Part shown: in pieces, positions 45,770 through 58,835 of the stretch
How positions within the stretch are numbered: the first letter of the stretch is position 1
Layout of the letters: each line of letters opens with the position of its first letter
NCBI GenBank assembly: GCA_043228905.1
Contig: JBHGNT010000003.1
Coordinates: 9,734,001-9,798,000, forward strand
DNA length: 64,000 bases
Origin: Azolla caroliniana
Lineage: Eukaryota > Plantae > Polypodiophyta
Reading direction: 5' to 3'
Notes under the pieces: model-generated
The model's database searches: none
What the model was told of the DNA's origin: nothing
What the model saw: only the letters and a program-made list of their open reading frames with translations
Translations under genes and position numbers: made by a program

Positions 45770-47551
45770 TTAATATATGTCTTCTTTTTTATCTTTATGG
45801 TTCATGTCACCTAGTTCATTCCTTGTTCCATAGCAATGCTTTTCGATGTACCTGGAATGACCATCACCAGCGTATATGTGAGATAGAAAGACATAAGCTG
45901 AACCATCAGTCTTGTCTAAAAGAGTAACATGCTTGAAAGCCTCTTTTCCATACTCTACATTCCCCCAACTTTTGCAAGCACCCAATATAGTGTGCCACAC
46001 TACAACATTTGGACAAATCGGAAGCTTTTCAATCATTCCAGACGCCTTATCCAATTGACCCGCACGACTAAGTAAATCAATCATGCAAGCATGGTGATCA
46101 ATGATGGGAATAATACCATAGACTTTACTCATTGCTTGAAAATACATCTCCCCCTTAGACCATAGTCCCATACGACTACACGCATTTAGAACTACAATGA
46201 ACGTAACTGAGTCAGGTTCTGTACGTTCTTCTAACATCTTATGAAAAAGATGAAAAACATTTTCGCTTTCACCGACGTGGTTATATCCTGTCATTAGGGC
46301 ATTCCAAGAAACTACATCGTGAACCCGAAGAGTGTTGAACACTTGCTGCGCTTTTACTAGAGAGCCACATTTTGCATACATGTCAACCAGAGTAGTGCCT
46401 ACAAGAGAGTCTCTTTCAAGGAGTCCCTGTCGTTCAATGTCAGCATGTATTTCTCCACCCCTGTCACTTGCTCCTACTCTACTACAAGCCTTCAAAGTGG
46501 AAAGGTAAGCCACAATATCTGGTGAAACACCTTCAAGTTGCATCTTATCAAAATATTTCATTGCTTCTTCACCTTGCCCTTGTTCAGCATTTCTTGTGAT
46601 GAGGGCCGTCCATGACAAGACATCTTGTATAGGAAGTCGATTGAAAATTTCTTGGGCTTTCACAAGCAGACCACACTTAGCATATACATCTACCAATACA
46701 GTACCCACAATACAATTACTTTCCAGAACGCCTCTTCTCTCAATGTCAGCATGTATACCCATCATTTTATCTATTGCTCCTATCTTGCCACAAGCTTTTA
46801 AAATGCAAACATATGTGATATCACTGGGGGAGATACCCTCCGCTTTCATATGCTCGAGAAGATTGATGGCTTTTTCTCCCAGACCATAATCAGCGTACCC
46901 CGCCATTAAAGTATTCCAGGATACCACATCCCGAACAAAAAGGTCATCAAACACTTGATGCGCTTTCACAATTCTGCCGCATTTAACATACATATCAATC
47001 AGAGCATTGCCAACCAAAATATTTGTTTCAAGAAGCTTTCTTCTCGATATATCAGCATGTATTTCTATCCCTCTCTCAAGGTCACGGAGTCGGCCACAAG
47101 CCTTTGAAATCGCCACAAAGGTATGCCCAGATGGATCAAATTCCATGTTCTCATACATTGTAAAGGCATGTTGAGGGGTCGACGAATTGGCATAAGAATT
47201 CATAAGGGAGTTCCAAGACAATTCATTCCGAACCTTCAATCGATCGAAAACTTGACGCGAATAATGAACACAACCCGTCGATCCAGCCAACATAAGGACA
47301 AGATAGTTCCCTACTGATCTCTCTCTTTCAAGACCTAATTCACATATATAAGCATAAACAGAAAGTGTGAGTGATTTATCCTTACCTTTCCTACATCTTT
47401 TCAACACAAAGCTGAGTTCGTCGATGGAAGGAGGAAGGGTCGTGAACCCATCTCGCAAGGAAGCCAAGGATTCTTCTAAGCTGAGCATCTGAAACGCCCA
47501 CTTGCTGTAGAAACATCTCTGAGGTATAATGCATTCACAGGACAGGGTCAT
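45770..47551 (-). CDS. PLS-class pentatricopeptide repeat protein with E domain, no DYW (593-aa ORF; true start may be the MLSLEE ATG near 47488)
   Basis: PLS motifs as in the first PPR gene; HHACMIDLLSRAG, VVWHTILGACKSWGNVEYG and AYVFLSHIYA. Confidence 0.92.
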   Translation of the reverse strand: MTLSCECIIPQRCFYSKWAFQMLSLEESLASLRDGFTTLPPSIDELSFVLKRCRKGKDKSLTLSVYAYICELGLERERSVGNYLVLMLAGSTGCVHYSRQVFDRLKVRNELSWNSLMNSYANSSTPQHAFTMYENMEFDPSGHTFVAISKACGRLRDLERGIEIHADISRRKLLETNILVGNALIDMYVKCGRIVKAHQVFDDLFVRDVVSWNTLMAGYADYGLGEKAINLLEHMKAEGISPSDITYVCILKACGKIGAIDKMMGIHADIERRGVLESNCIVGTVLVDVYAKCGLLVKAQEIFNRLPIQDVLSWTALITRNAEQGQGEEAMKYFDKMQLEGVSPDIVAYLSTLKACSRVGASDRGGEIHADIERQGLLERDSLVGTTLVDMYAKCGSLVKAQQVFNTLRVHDVVSWNALMTGYNHVGESENVFHLFHKMLEERTEPDSVTFIVVLNACSRMGLWSKGEMYFQAMSKVYGIIPIIDHHACMIDLLSRAGQLDKASGMIEKLPICPNVVVWHTILGACKSWGNVEYGKEAFKHVTLLDKTDGSAYVFLSHIYAGDGHSRYIEKHCYGTRNELGDMNHKDKKEDIY

Positions 47552-48299
47552 GTTGGGGTGGGGTGGTCATGGGTGATGAGGAATTACCATAGCTATATGT
47601 ACTAATGTGAAGGAATGAAGAAATGAAGAAATGAAGGGTAGAGCCTATGAGTGTGTTCCTCTTGTTTTTTATGAACACTATATGATATGATCTATATATG
47701 CATGCATATGTACTATACATAAGTATGTTGGCATACAATACCTGAAATACCCTTTTGGACTATCCTCGCCTTCACAACCTCATAACATCTGTGGAGGAGC
47801 TCTTTGGGGTTTGGGGACATGGCTCGGCATGTTAATATTTTGTCTCCTTCCAAAACACCTCATGATGCGCGTTCAGACTTGTGCAAACTAAAGTAACATG
47901 ATCCGTCGAACATTTTCGGGGAAATGTGAGTGTAAAGTTCCTGTTGCACCTGGTTGGTTGGAACCTTGTGTTTAACAGTGTAGAAGAACATTGTAGGGGA
48001 ATATCAGTGATAGACCTTACATGCTCAAACCAATTAGTCAGGCAAGCAATACCCCAACTAGTAGGAGGATCTCTCTAACCTATACAGAGTTGAGTACGTT
48101 CAACTTATTTGTGTAATCAATCTTCATTAGTAGGTTGTTGATCACCTTAGCCTTCGCGAATAATGGTATTGGCTACTACTGTTTTATATGCTCGTCACCA
48201 TACTTCTTCTCTTCATTACTAGGGGCATGATAGTCCTTCTAAACGGGGCCCTTGTCACACTCCACATTCTTCAATCGGAACTTACTTCGATGTTAAGTC

Positions 48300-48800
48300 T
48301 TGTCGTCCAAAATTCCCCTTTACCTTTTGGTCTAGGAAATCTTACCATGTGAATCTCGTGCATTGTATCCCACTACACCATTGCGATTGTCCCTTAGTAA
48401 GAAGCATGCCACATACATCTTTCTTTACATGAATGTATGTAATTGGCACACTCATACTTAGAGACATGCAAAAGATGTGCCATAATCTAAATAATGTGCA
48501 CAAAAGTGTTACCAAATACATGAATGGATCCATCTTCATCTCCAACATATTCAATTGTTTCAATTGTCAAGTGATTTCATCATACCTGTTTATGTGGCTA
48601 GTGATGGAGTTAATTCCCTTTATCCAGAACTCGTGCAACTTCCTCATCCATGTCTAATGAGTCTCTTTTTACTAACGAGTTTCCACTAGCTCCATTGAAT
48701 AATATATCATGATTCTATTTTTTCTATCGCAAGACGTTATTTCTATCGAACTTAACATCCCCTTGCCTTTGCTTGATTGTGATTTTTTTCCCCCGTTGCC
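48300..48800 (-). mobile_element. Highly degraded copia gag-like remnant
   Basis: Minus strand reads SITSHINRYDEIT*QLKQLNM..LLCTLFRLWHIFCMSLS, resembling the copia gag (UBN2) region. Confidence 0.3.
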
Positions 48801-49337
48801 ATGATGTGCAGGACATCTCTAATGACATTTCTAGTGCCACATGTTTGTCAAATAATTTCATAAAGGTGGGCCATTGATACCCAGCCTAACAAGATCATTG
48901 ACCCACCAATTATAGGAGACATTTTGGTGCGACCATGCTCCCACCACAGGTGGATTCCTATACGCAACACATTGCAGGATTGCAATATATCGTTCGGTTA
49001 TTTTAGCTGAATAGCCATAACACCATGTCTCCTATAGTTTTTTCCATTGTGTGCTCGAATTGGCTCTCTCTCTCTCACACACACACACACAACCTTTTCT
49101 GAATCGTTAGACATGCGTCTAATGGTATCGGGGGGGGGGGGGGGGGGGAGCCGACAATTGTGATCGCCACCAAAGAGTGGAAGGTTTGGACTAATATCTC
49201 AGGTGGTTAGTGTATTACGGACGGACGGATGGACGGACATTCCTCCGGGAGTCTTCTCGGGATGGACATATGGTATGTATAGTCGAGCCGGACATTACAT
49301 CCATCCCATCCAAGTCCCTCAAACATTTGACCCCACG

Positions 49338-49387
49338 AAGAAGAAGAAGAAGAAGAAGAAGAAGAAGAAGAAGAAGAAGAAGAAGAG
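49338..49387. repeat. (AAG)n trinucleotide microsatellite upstream of the IF3 gene
   Basis: About 16 AAG units. Confidence 0.95.
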
Positions 49388-49510
49388 TGAAGAAAAAGAT
49401 TATGGGTCTCTCTTTCTCTCATTTTTGTTCTCCTTGACCCTTCTTTCTTCTTCTGATTTTGTCGCTCTGCAAGGGTTTCTAAAACCCCTTCCATCCTTCC
49501 ATACCTCGCC

Positions 49511-52500
49511 ATGGCCACAGGCGCTTTTCTACGCCTCCGACGACCTTCGCCTCCCTGCGTTCTTCTTCTTCTCCTTCTTCGCCATCGCCATCGCCATCGC
49601 CATCTTCATGTTCACCATCACAAGATCCATGGCCATTCTCGCGGCTTCAGGTTTGCCTTCTCATTTATGCTTCTTCTTCCTCTTCTATTCAGGCCTTTTC
49701 TATATCTCTCTCTCCCCCCCCCCCCCACCTTCTTTCTTTGAATAAACATGGGTTCTCAGTCATTCGTTTTCTTTTACTAGTGATCAAACTATGCGCTTTC
49801 CTTCATCCGCTGTGGGAGAACATGCGGTGAGTCTTCCATTCGTTCTTTCTCGTTGTTCTCTAAGAACTCATCGCAATTTTCTCCTTCTTTCTCGTTTTCT
49901 CTGAACTTTGGAGGATTCTGAGCCCATTTCTTTTTTCTTTTTCTTCTTTTCCGACTGTAGTCAGTTCGAGGTATGGAAGCATCAAATGGTGTACACACCT
50001 CTACTGGAGAGATTCATGTGCTCCCACTGGCAAAGAAGCATAGAAAAAGTATGGAAAAAGTACAGTCCCGTCTCTTCAAAGAGTTCATTTCGCATTGCAA
50101 ATTATGTAACTATCATATTTTCATTGCATAGAAAATTTGAAGGAATGCTATGGAATGGTAACCTTCATAAAAAGGATATTATTACATGGAAATTGTGGAA
50201 GAAAGAGTCATTGACATCGTTTTTTGTTTGTGAGAGGTAACAATGATTAACATGGCATGGTAGACTTGAAGGGGTTCTCTATTCCACATTAAAACCTCGA
50301 AAGAGAGAATATTATCAGATGGAAATCTTGGAAGAATGAATGATTGCCCTGTGAGGATATTGAAAATGCAATTAGGTAACTTTGATGTGCACCATGAAGG
50401 AACCCACAATTTGGTCCTCAGAATATAGATTTCACGAAAAAGGATCAGGGGGAAAGAAACTATAATGCTTTTCCTCCCTGGTATCCTCTAATTTCTGTGT
50501 AGGGAGGCCATGACCATAGCATGTCTCAAAAAACCTTGCCTGCTTGCTGTAGATTGTGCAAACTTTATATTGCACAGCATGGAAAGAGAACTCAAAAGCG
50601 GGCTTGCTGAGCGGTTGCATTTTTGTGAATGAAGAACAAAACATTCTTCTTTCATTGATTGATTGAAACTGTTTTGACTTGCCTTCCAAGAACTTTTGCC
50701 ATATCTGAATGAAAAAGATTTGGTTAGAGTGGAAACGTAAAATCTGTTGAAGGTTTTCTATGGAGGTTCAGATACTGCCTTCCCCATGATACTCTTGTCT
50801 TATAGAGTGGAAACGTAAAATCTATTGAAGGTTAGAGTGGAAACGTAAAATCTGTTGAAGGTTTTATATTCCTAGTTTTTTCTAATTCATATAAACATGT
50901 TAACAAGTGTTAATTTCTTCACCGTTTTCAGAACTGTAGGGAACTATGCTCACTATCTTGGTTTTCAGGATTGACATGATTCCCCCAGCCTCTATGTAAC
51001 TCTAGCCGGTTGTTTAGTCTAATTGGCAGAATCAGTCAATAGGTCTTCTGTGTGTCAATCAATTCACATCAATGCCTATTGACTTGGTTGTCAACAGGTG
51101 CTACCAACTACTAAGTGGAATACTACTTGATAGTGGATGCTGCTACATAGATGCAGTATTGGTTAGATCTCTTGGTTGGTTGGGAACTACATCTGGGCTC
51201 ATTTTGGATGACACTGTGATTCTCCTATGCAATAATGTGAATTGGCTAGATACACAATATAGATGCCATCCCCCTCAGTGAACTTATCCCTGTGACTGGT
51301 GTGGCTTCTTTTGCAAGTTGCAAGCCTTGGTTCTGGTGACACGTTATCTTCAATGGAAATGCTATGGATGAGTTTCTTCTGAAAATTTCTGATAACAGTG
51401 TTCGTGAAGATTGTGATTTTATCTTGCTCCTGCATTTGAGTGGTGGCTTCCTTTGGGAAGCAATGAGCAGTTCTCTTTTGGTGACTACTCATGCATTGTC
51501 TCAATGGTGACTATGGGAGGGTTGGCCTCTGTATCACTTACATTGGGTCCTGGGATCTTGGATAGTGGTCGTGGTCCTCTGCTTCAACATTGGCAGATGT
51601 CGTGGTATCTTTATTCCTATTTTTCGTATTGAATGATTTTGACAAGATAAATTGGTTGTGATTAAGAATGGTGGCTAATGTTGATTAAAGATGATATATC
51701 AAAATTGTCCCTTGTATGCAGGGTAATATTGACTCTACTCTTCACAATTCCATCAATTAGACATTTAGGGTTTAGGTGATTGTTCTTGAGAAGGATGTAG
51801 GGGTACTTTATTGATCTGGTCCATATTGGTGTTTTCAACTTCTCTCTCTGTCTTGTGATTCTAATCAAGATAGTCCCAAGAAGTTTTGGTCCTTGCATTC
51901 CATTATATTGCGGAGTGGGCAAATCCTTTGTGAAGAGGGAGTGGTATCTACCCCTTTCTGAGGGATGCTGTCTCAATTTCCAACTGATACGAAGAGATCC
52001 TGAGCTTCCCTATTGCACTATAGAGTCCATGAGAGATATGTATCCTTATAAGGTGTTCAAGTATAGATCCATCAGGTGATAAATGTAAAAAGAGAGCCTT
52101 ATAGTGACCCATCTTCCTAGCAACTGGTGTCGTGAGGCTGATCCATGTTGTTTATGTATCTAGTTTGATGAATTCTGTTCATATCAAGATGTGGGCCGTT
52201 GAGGCTGTATTGGAATGGAGGTATTGTATCTATGGTCATGTGGTGTGACTTAAACCTTTCTTTCATTTGATTGTTATTAACACCATAAAGCTCTAGAAGG
52301 ACTGAAACAAACACATTCTTCACCTTATGCAAGCCAAAAAAATAACTTGCATATGCAAATTTCTATGTCAGTAACTATGCTTCTGTGGTTTCTGTGCTTA
52401 TATTTCAGTTATAATGGATAGAGAACATACAAAATATATTCTGGTCTATGCTCTTAAGAAAATAAAAATTTCGAATTTGTAATGCACCTTTGCTGTTATC

Positions 52501-55500
52501 TTACGAGTTTTTTAATTTTGAAGCTATATCCACAGCGGGAATGGAGTTTTTGTGTGCTTCCAATTTGAGCTCGCAAAGGAATTCATGTCAGATGTCGTTG
52601 GCCTTCACTCGGCCATTCTCTTCTCGGTCTCAGGTTGCCTATTTATGCATTAGACAATAAAAGTTTTGAAATCCATTTGAAACCTGAAAAGGATGAGTGC
52701 ATTCTCTGTCTTGTATATCTAGAGCAGAAATACAGGAAACAGACCAGTGCATGGCAGACCGGTGCGCGATGTGGGAGATACGGCTGATACTAGCGAAGAA
52801 ATTGATGGTGAACACAGAAAAAATAATTCTGATTCTGAAGATGAATATGAAGAGGAGCAAATCATAGAAGATGAAGAAGAAGATGAAGAAGAAGATGAGG
52901 ATGATGAGGAAGACCAGGGAATCACACAATCACAACCGGTTAAAAAGAAAATGGACAAAAAGTATGCTAAACCTGCACCACAATCATTAGATCAGCAAGG
53001 ACGTGTCTTAAATGAAGATATTACCGCGGAAACTGTTCGTCTTGTGATCGATGGTGAAGGTGTATGACTTAGCTTTACTAAGAAATCGTTTCATGTACCT
53101 ACCTTGTATATGTTTCAACCTTTTACACATACATTTATTTCCCTATAAAAAGTGTGAAATGGTGCTGATAATTCACATTTTCTAAATTATTGTTATCTGG
53201 TGTGCGCCTGCGATTGATGTAGGTCATCGAATTGTTTCTAGGAAGGAAGCGTTACATTATGCTAAGGAGAGGAACTTGGACCTTGTCCAGGTGAATGCAC
53301 ATTTCTTCTATGTTGTATTCTTATTCCATGCTTTTGAGTACATACTGAATGCAATGACCGTCTTCTCTTTAGTTGTTCTTGTTTGGTTCATATGGAATGT
53401 AGTTTGTGTCTGGTTACTCTGACTTGATTGATTTCCTAACTGCAATTCAAGGACAGTAAGCATCTGACATATGACAGTGACTGCATGATACATTGTAAGT
53501 CTTCTGTGTTGGTTCATTGAGCTATCATGCCCTAGAATATATCATATTCCCATGTAATGTGATAGTCTGAAACTGAAGTTACTTGGTATTATTATTATTA
53601 TCAAAAAATTCACCCACATCTACTGCAATTATTGTTTGATATCAATGGCATACTAGTGCTTGATTTATAATGTCTTTTGTTTGAGGAAAACTCATAGGAA
53701 GTACTGGCTATAGCATAAATACTTTGTGTCCAGGAAGGCAAAAGAAAATGAAGTAAATTTTTCTTTTTTTTCAGTAACTTGGTTTGAAGTCACAATCTTT
53801 GGTTATCATGGAGATTTTTCTTTGAATGCGAACCTTGCAGGTTGATGGCAAATCAAAACCTCCTGTGTGCAAGGTGTTTAATTTTCACAAGGAGGAATAC
53901 AGGCAAGAGCAAGTTCAGAAAGATCGCAAGAAGAAGAAGGTCAGATGGAAGTCTTATCCGTGCCTATTGTTTAAATTGGTTTTCAAATTCTATAAAATGA
54001 TATTTTTATTAAGTTTGTTTATTTTTATTTATAGGGAGAGATGCTTCGCTTAAATGATATTAAGGAACTTCGCTTCACCTCCAAAACTGTAAGATTCGAA
54101 GCTTTTTAGCTCTTTTGTTATTCCAATTTTTTGTCACAGAACGGTGTTTGATGACAAGAATTTCTTGCAGGAACGGAAGGATGTAAAAATGAAAGTAGAC
54201 AAAGCTAAAACATTCATGGATCGTGGACATCGTGTTAAGGTATATACTACTTTACAGACATTTGTTTGAACCTGTATATTTGATCTCATTTTGTAAGACT
54301 TCACCTTAGAAATCTTGGTTCTATTAAGAGGTTCTGGTTTGGCCCCAAACTATTTGGGTCCTTTCCATAGTTTCTGAAAGGTATGATGCTTAAACATGCG
54401 GCAGTAGCCGTTGGTTGCGACATGCCTTTTTTGATGAAATGCATCTTGGTGTAAAATTGTCAGGCACTTGTTGAAACTGAATGTGTGCCTCTTTGTCAAA
54501 GTTTTGAGGGTAGTGTACAGGAGGCAGATATCCCCAACAACAATGGTTACAGAAGCTTGTGGAGATTCACCTTCTGCGAGGGTAGGGTGTATATTGTAGG
54601 AATATTGTAGGCAGCAACCTTTTTGGTCAATCAAGGCAGCATGGTGGTAGAGCAGAATTGAAGCAGTTAGAAAATAAAAAAGCTGCAGAGTGGTTGTGGC
54701 ATTGCTGAAGACAAATAAACTACTACTGGTGCTACGAAGGCAGTATCGAAAAAGTAAATAATAACTGTGTGATTGTGAACCACAGTTTCTTGTGCACATG
54801 AATTTTGGAGAATAATAGGGTCTCTTCAGAGTGACATAACGTGGTTTTTGGAACATCAGAGTCCATTTCAATTAGCAGCAGAGAAAAGATAGAGGAAATG
54901 AGCTTGGCTAGTTGGCAAAGGTCAGGTACGTTGGACACCTTTGGCCTGGAAGCTGCAGAAGAAGAATCAGATTTATTGGGCACTTGCAGATTATCATGGT
55001 TGGCTGAGTTCGCTGAGGAACTTACTGGACAGCAGCAAACAGGAATTGTGACTTCATGGAGAAGAAATGACGACAGTTGTGAGATACAACAAGAATTATA
55101 GTTTTAAGTTAGGAGGAAAAGGGATTACAGAGTCGTATCCTAGTTACTATTGCCATATGAAGGTGAAAATTCTAGTGTTATGGTTTGATGCATCCCAGTC
55201 GGCTTGTGTTTCCTTGGCCAAGTAATCTTACAGTTTATTCAATAGAAAGTTCCAAATCTCATGGTTGAGAGAGGTTTATCTATTATTTTATTGATAAGGT
55301 TTCTGTGGTGCTAGATGCCATCAATATAGGCATCCTCCACACGCTTGACCCACCAACATAATGACATGCTTAAGACATATGAACTTAAATAAAATATTGC
55401 TCTTTTTTTCAGTTTGTTGCTATTTTCAAGGGCCCAGATGATGAGAAGAAGCGAACTGAACAAGAAAAAATGATTAATGAAATAATTGACATGGTATGGA

Positions 55501-57066
55501 GATCATATTTGTTTTTAACTACACTTTTGAACGTTGCCAATTATAATCTATCTCTGTGAAACAGGTTGAAGATACAGCAACAATAGATCAAGGGCCAAGA
55601 ATAGAAGCTCGTCAAGCCTGGGTGATGCTGCGTCATGTGAAATTTGGAGTAACCAAGAAAAAGGTATTTGAGTGCTGCAGTAGCTTAACAATGCATTGTT
55701 GTAGATTCTGATAGACACAATGAATTTTGCTTGAATAATAAGATTGTATATTCATTACCAAGTCTATTTGGTCCAGAGTCAACCACACCCATCTATTGTT
55801 TCTTTTACTTTGAAGACAAAAGTGAATTTTAAGCTTATAACGATGCAGGCACCTCCAGCATCTAAACTTCAGGCAGTTGCCCAGGATGTATCACCAAAAT
55901 CAACAGCAATCAATCAAGATTTGCCTGGTTCTTCAGATGATGTTTGGGAAGATGTTGAAGACTCTGAATCACAAGACCAAATGAGACGGCTCGAAGAAAA
56001 ACATTCAGAAAAGACACTTCGTCAGGGTACAGCAATTCCCTTTCGTTCTTCATCAGTTGAATCTGGATATTCACCAGCATCCAGGTTTCCCCAAAATGCA
56101 AAAAGTTCTGAAAACGGAACTCCAAACTTACCTTCAGGAGGTTCCTTAAGATCAACACCGGGTTTTTCACATTCTCCAAGATTCTCTGAGCAGGGAACTC
56201 CAAGGTTACCTTCAGGTGGACCCTCAAGGTCACCACCTAATTTTTCACAAAGTCCAAGAATTTCAGAAAAGGAAATTCCAAGGTTACCTCCAGAAAGTCC
56301 TTCAAAATATCCTTCCCATGCAACTTCCCATGCACGACAGCGAGAAGGAAAAGTTGAACCCTATGGAAATAGTGAAGAAAGATTCTCTCAACCATTGCGC
56401 CATGCTGCAGAATCAGTCCAGAGTGTCAATGCAAATTCAGGATATCCCATTGCTTCTAGGTTGCCACAAGGTCGGGGCCAGGCAGTTACGGGTTTATCTT
56501 CACGAGGTCGTGGAGTGGGGTTATCTCCACAAGATAATGGACATGTAGATCCTGGATTATCATCACAAGGGCGTGGACAAAATCTTGATAGCCCCCTTCT
56601 AGATTTCTTTGCATCTCCAGAAAGGTCATCACAACCATTGCAAGGATCACCATCTAGCAGAATGCCAAAACATGCTCCACCTATTGGTCAACAGAGATAT
56701 CCTTCACATGAGCAATCAGGAAAATTCGATCAAGGTGCTGAAGGATATCAACCAAGGCAAAGTCTATATCAGCACAAGACTGACCAAGATTCACCTAATT
56801 CTTCTGGTACTCGATATGGATCACAAGATGATGTTAAGCCCATTTTTCAAGGTCATGGTCGTGGATCTGTACCAAATCCTCAAGGTCGGGGACAAGGAAC
56901 TTCACGGGTACAAGAGTATCCGAGGTACCAACCATCATCACCCCCACACCTTAAAAAACCAAGTCAACTGCCCAGCAATCCTCCTGGAGCCCAAGCAAGT
57001 GAATATCTGGAAGATCAACAGCGTCCACCCACTAGAACCATAGGGAGAGGGAATGGTCGGAAGTAG
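49511..57066 (+). CDS. Organellar (probably mitochondrial IF3-1-like) translation initiation factor 3, about 772 aa. Exons 49511-49650, 49781-49826, 49961-49970, 52536-52633, 52723-53059, 53223-53290, 53841-53939, 54035-54088, 54171-54239, 55413-55493, 55565-55663, 55849-57066
   Basis: IF3-N motifs LNEDITAETVRLVI..GHRIVSRKEAL..LDLVQV..PPVCK; IF3-C motifs KELRFTSKTERKD..MDRGHRVK..AWVMLRHVK. The first four exons are less certain, but total length is in frame (2319 nt). Confidence 0.85.
50725..50862. repeat. 30-bp direct repeat, 3 copies (TAGAGTGGAAACGTAAAATCTGTTGAAGGT), in an IF3 intron
   Basis: Copies at about 50725, 50803 and 50833. Confidence 0.85.
54292..55232. mobile_element. Possible solo LTR in an IF3 intron
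   Basis: 7-bp terminal inverted repeat TGTAAGA...TCTTACA. No clean TSD. Confidence 0.3.
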
Positions 57067-57864
57067 AATGTAATGTCTCTCACTTATACAGAAGATTTTT
57101 TACGGGAGAGAAAAATGTAATCATCGATATTATAAAAAACAAATTATAGAACTTGGCTAGTATCCTGCTCTCTACAGAACTACAGAAGTCATTTCGAGTA
57201 TATTAACTCAACAGTCTGTGCAAGATGGTTGCCAAGTTTTACAGATGCAATTGATCCTCAAGAGCAGTTAATGGCGTAATAAGACGATTTTCCTACCATG
57301 TCGAATACAATTTTGATTTGTTTTCAAGTTTTTTCTTTTACTTTTTGTCACTGATACCAGGAATCATTGATAATGTTACTTTGCTCAGCATAATGAGATT
57401 TGCAGTTGCCTCGACTATGATGATCAGGGTGGTGGCCATTGTGTTAAGAGGTTTGACAGTTCCATCGTGTGAAGTTGGTTGGATTCATTACAAAGAAACT
57501 ATCAGTTTCAAGTCCATTCCTTTTTTCTATTATTCATAATTCTAATAAAGAATGTCCAAATTTACCTAAGAATCTTAATTTGTGTGTATGATACTGTCTC
57601 TATTTGAGAATCTGGGAGGATGTAGGACAAACCAGAATGTTATGCTTTTATTGGTAAACATTATTGATTAAGTGATATGAATCTTATAGTAACAGTTCAG
57701 CCTGAATTTGACACTCAGTGTATCTTTTATTTATGATATCAGTGTACACAGTTGTAGTTTTCAGTTTGGCTTTTGTTATTCTTTCAATTATAGATCATGT
57801 ACATGTATTTGCGATCAAAGATTATGATGTTTGATGAGATGCATCAGCTCTCTTCCCTCAGACA

Positions 57865-58100
57865 AGACGTGAGTTAGTTAATAACCATTGTTTCTCCTCA
57901 AACTTGAAAATAAAAGGTTTTAAAAGCTCCCTTTCATCCAGTCCTTGGTAGGTTGAATTGTATGCTAAGATGTATTGTCTTCAGACTTGAGTTAGTTAAC
58001 AACCATTTTTTTCCCTCAAATCTGGATATAAAAGATTCTAAAGCTCCTTCTCATGCAGTCCTTGGTAGAGATTGGTGACATTGTGTGCTAAAATGTCTTT
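57865..58100. repeat. Diverged tandem duplication of about 118 bp
   Basis: AGAC.TGAGTTAGTTAA.AACCATT...CAGTCCTTGGTAG at 57865 and 57983. Confidence 0.75.
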
Positions 58101-58476
58101 TTGAAGTGTCAACTTTTGATGTAGTTCATAAAAATGTTTGAGAGGTGGCATTGTATTCTTAGCGTTCTTGTGAAAAGGTGTCCCAACTACTCTGACGGTT
58201 TAGTTTTTATCTAGTTTGTATGTGAGTTTACATCAGTAAACCCATGAAATCCACCGGGTTTGGAAAATTAGGCAAAGGCTGTGCAGCTGGTGTACAAGCT
58301 TGCATGTTTCAAGAACTCTTTCTTTGCTTGTGGTAGTACTTTTTTTCATGACCTTATGCCTGTGACCTAACTAAAGTCATCCAAACCAGAACCAGCTGGC
58401 CGGACTTGAAGTTGTAACATTGTACTAATTACTGATAATGCCTACACACATTTGGAAGGAGAGTCGATTAGATTAA

Positions 58477-58835
58477 TGAGGGGGGTATGTTAAGAGAAGA
58501 ATGTATAATGCAAGAGTTTTATAAAGACATAATTGTGGGTCAAAAACCAAATATAACTGCAATTGGATTGTTGGATCAATCGTTGGCTTGTCAATGTTTG
58601 AACCTGTTGTCAAGTTGGTGGGCCAGTGGCTTTGGGCTTGACTACGTATCTCAAACATTGGTACTTTAGCTAGTAGCTTTGGGATGTGCCACTCCGGATT
58701 GATGTATACCATATCGTGTGATGAATGGAAGCCAATTGTTGTATTCTTCCTAATTAATTGCATTTAAGGTTTGCTCCAATTTTGCCCTACCAATGCAAGG
58801 CATTCAATGTTGCTGCAACCCATCATCATTTAACA
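58477..58835 (+). mobile_element. PPT plus 3' LTR remnant of an LTR retrotransposon (LTR 58488-58835)
   Basis: GAGGGGGG purine tract 2 nt before a TGTTAA...TTAACA-bounded 348-bp segment. Confidence 0.5.

Noticed and set aside
47742-47820. Upstream coding exon for the minus-strand PPR gene
   Set aside because: Its donor phase does not match the candidate acceptors. At most it is a 5' UTR exon.
50995-52330. Possible LTR (TGTAA..TTACA) plus internal remnant in an IF3 intron
   Set aside because: No TSD, convincing PBS or protein motif.
54350-54871. 173-aa minus-strand ORF within an IF3 intron
   Set aside because: No domain similarity, and it lies in a putative solo LTR.
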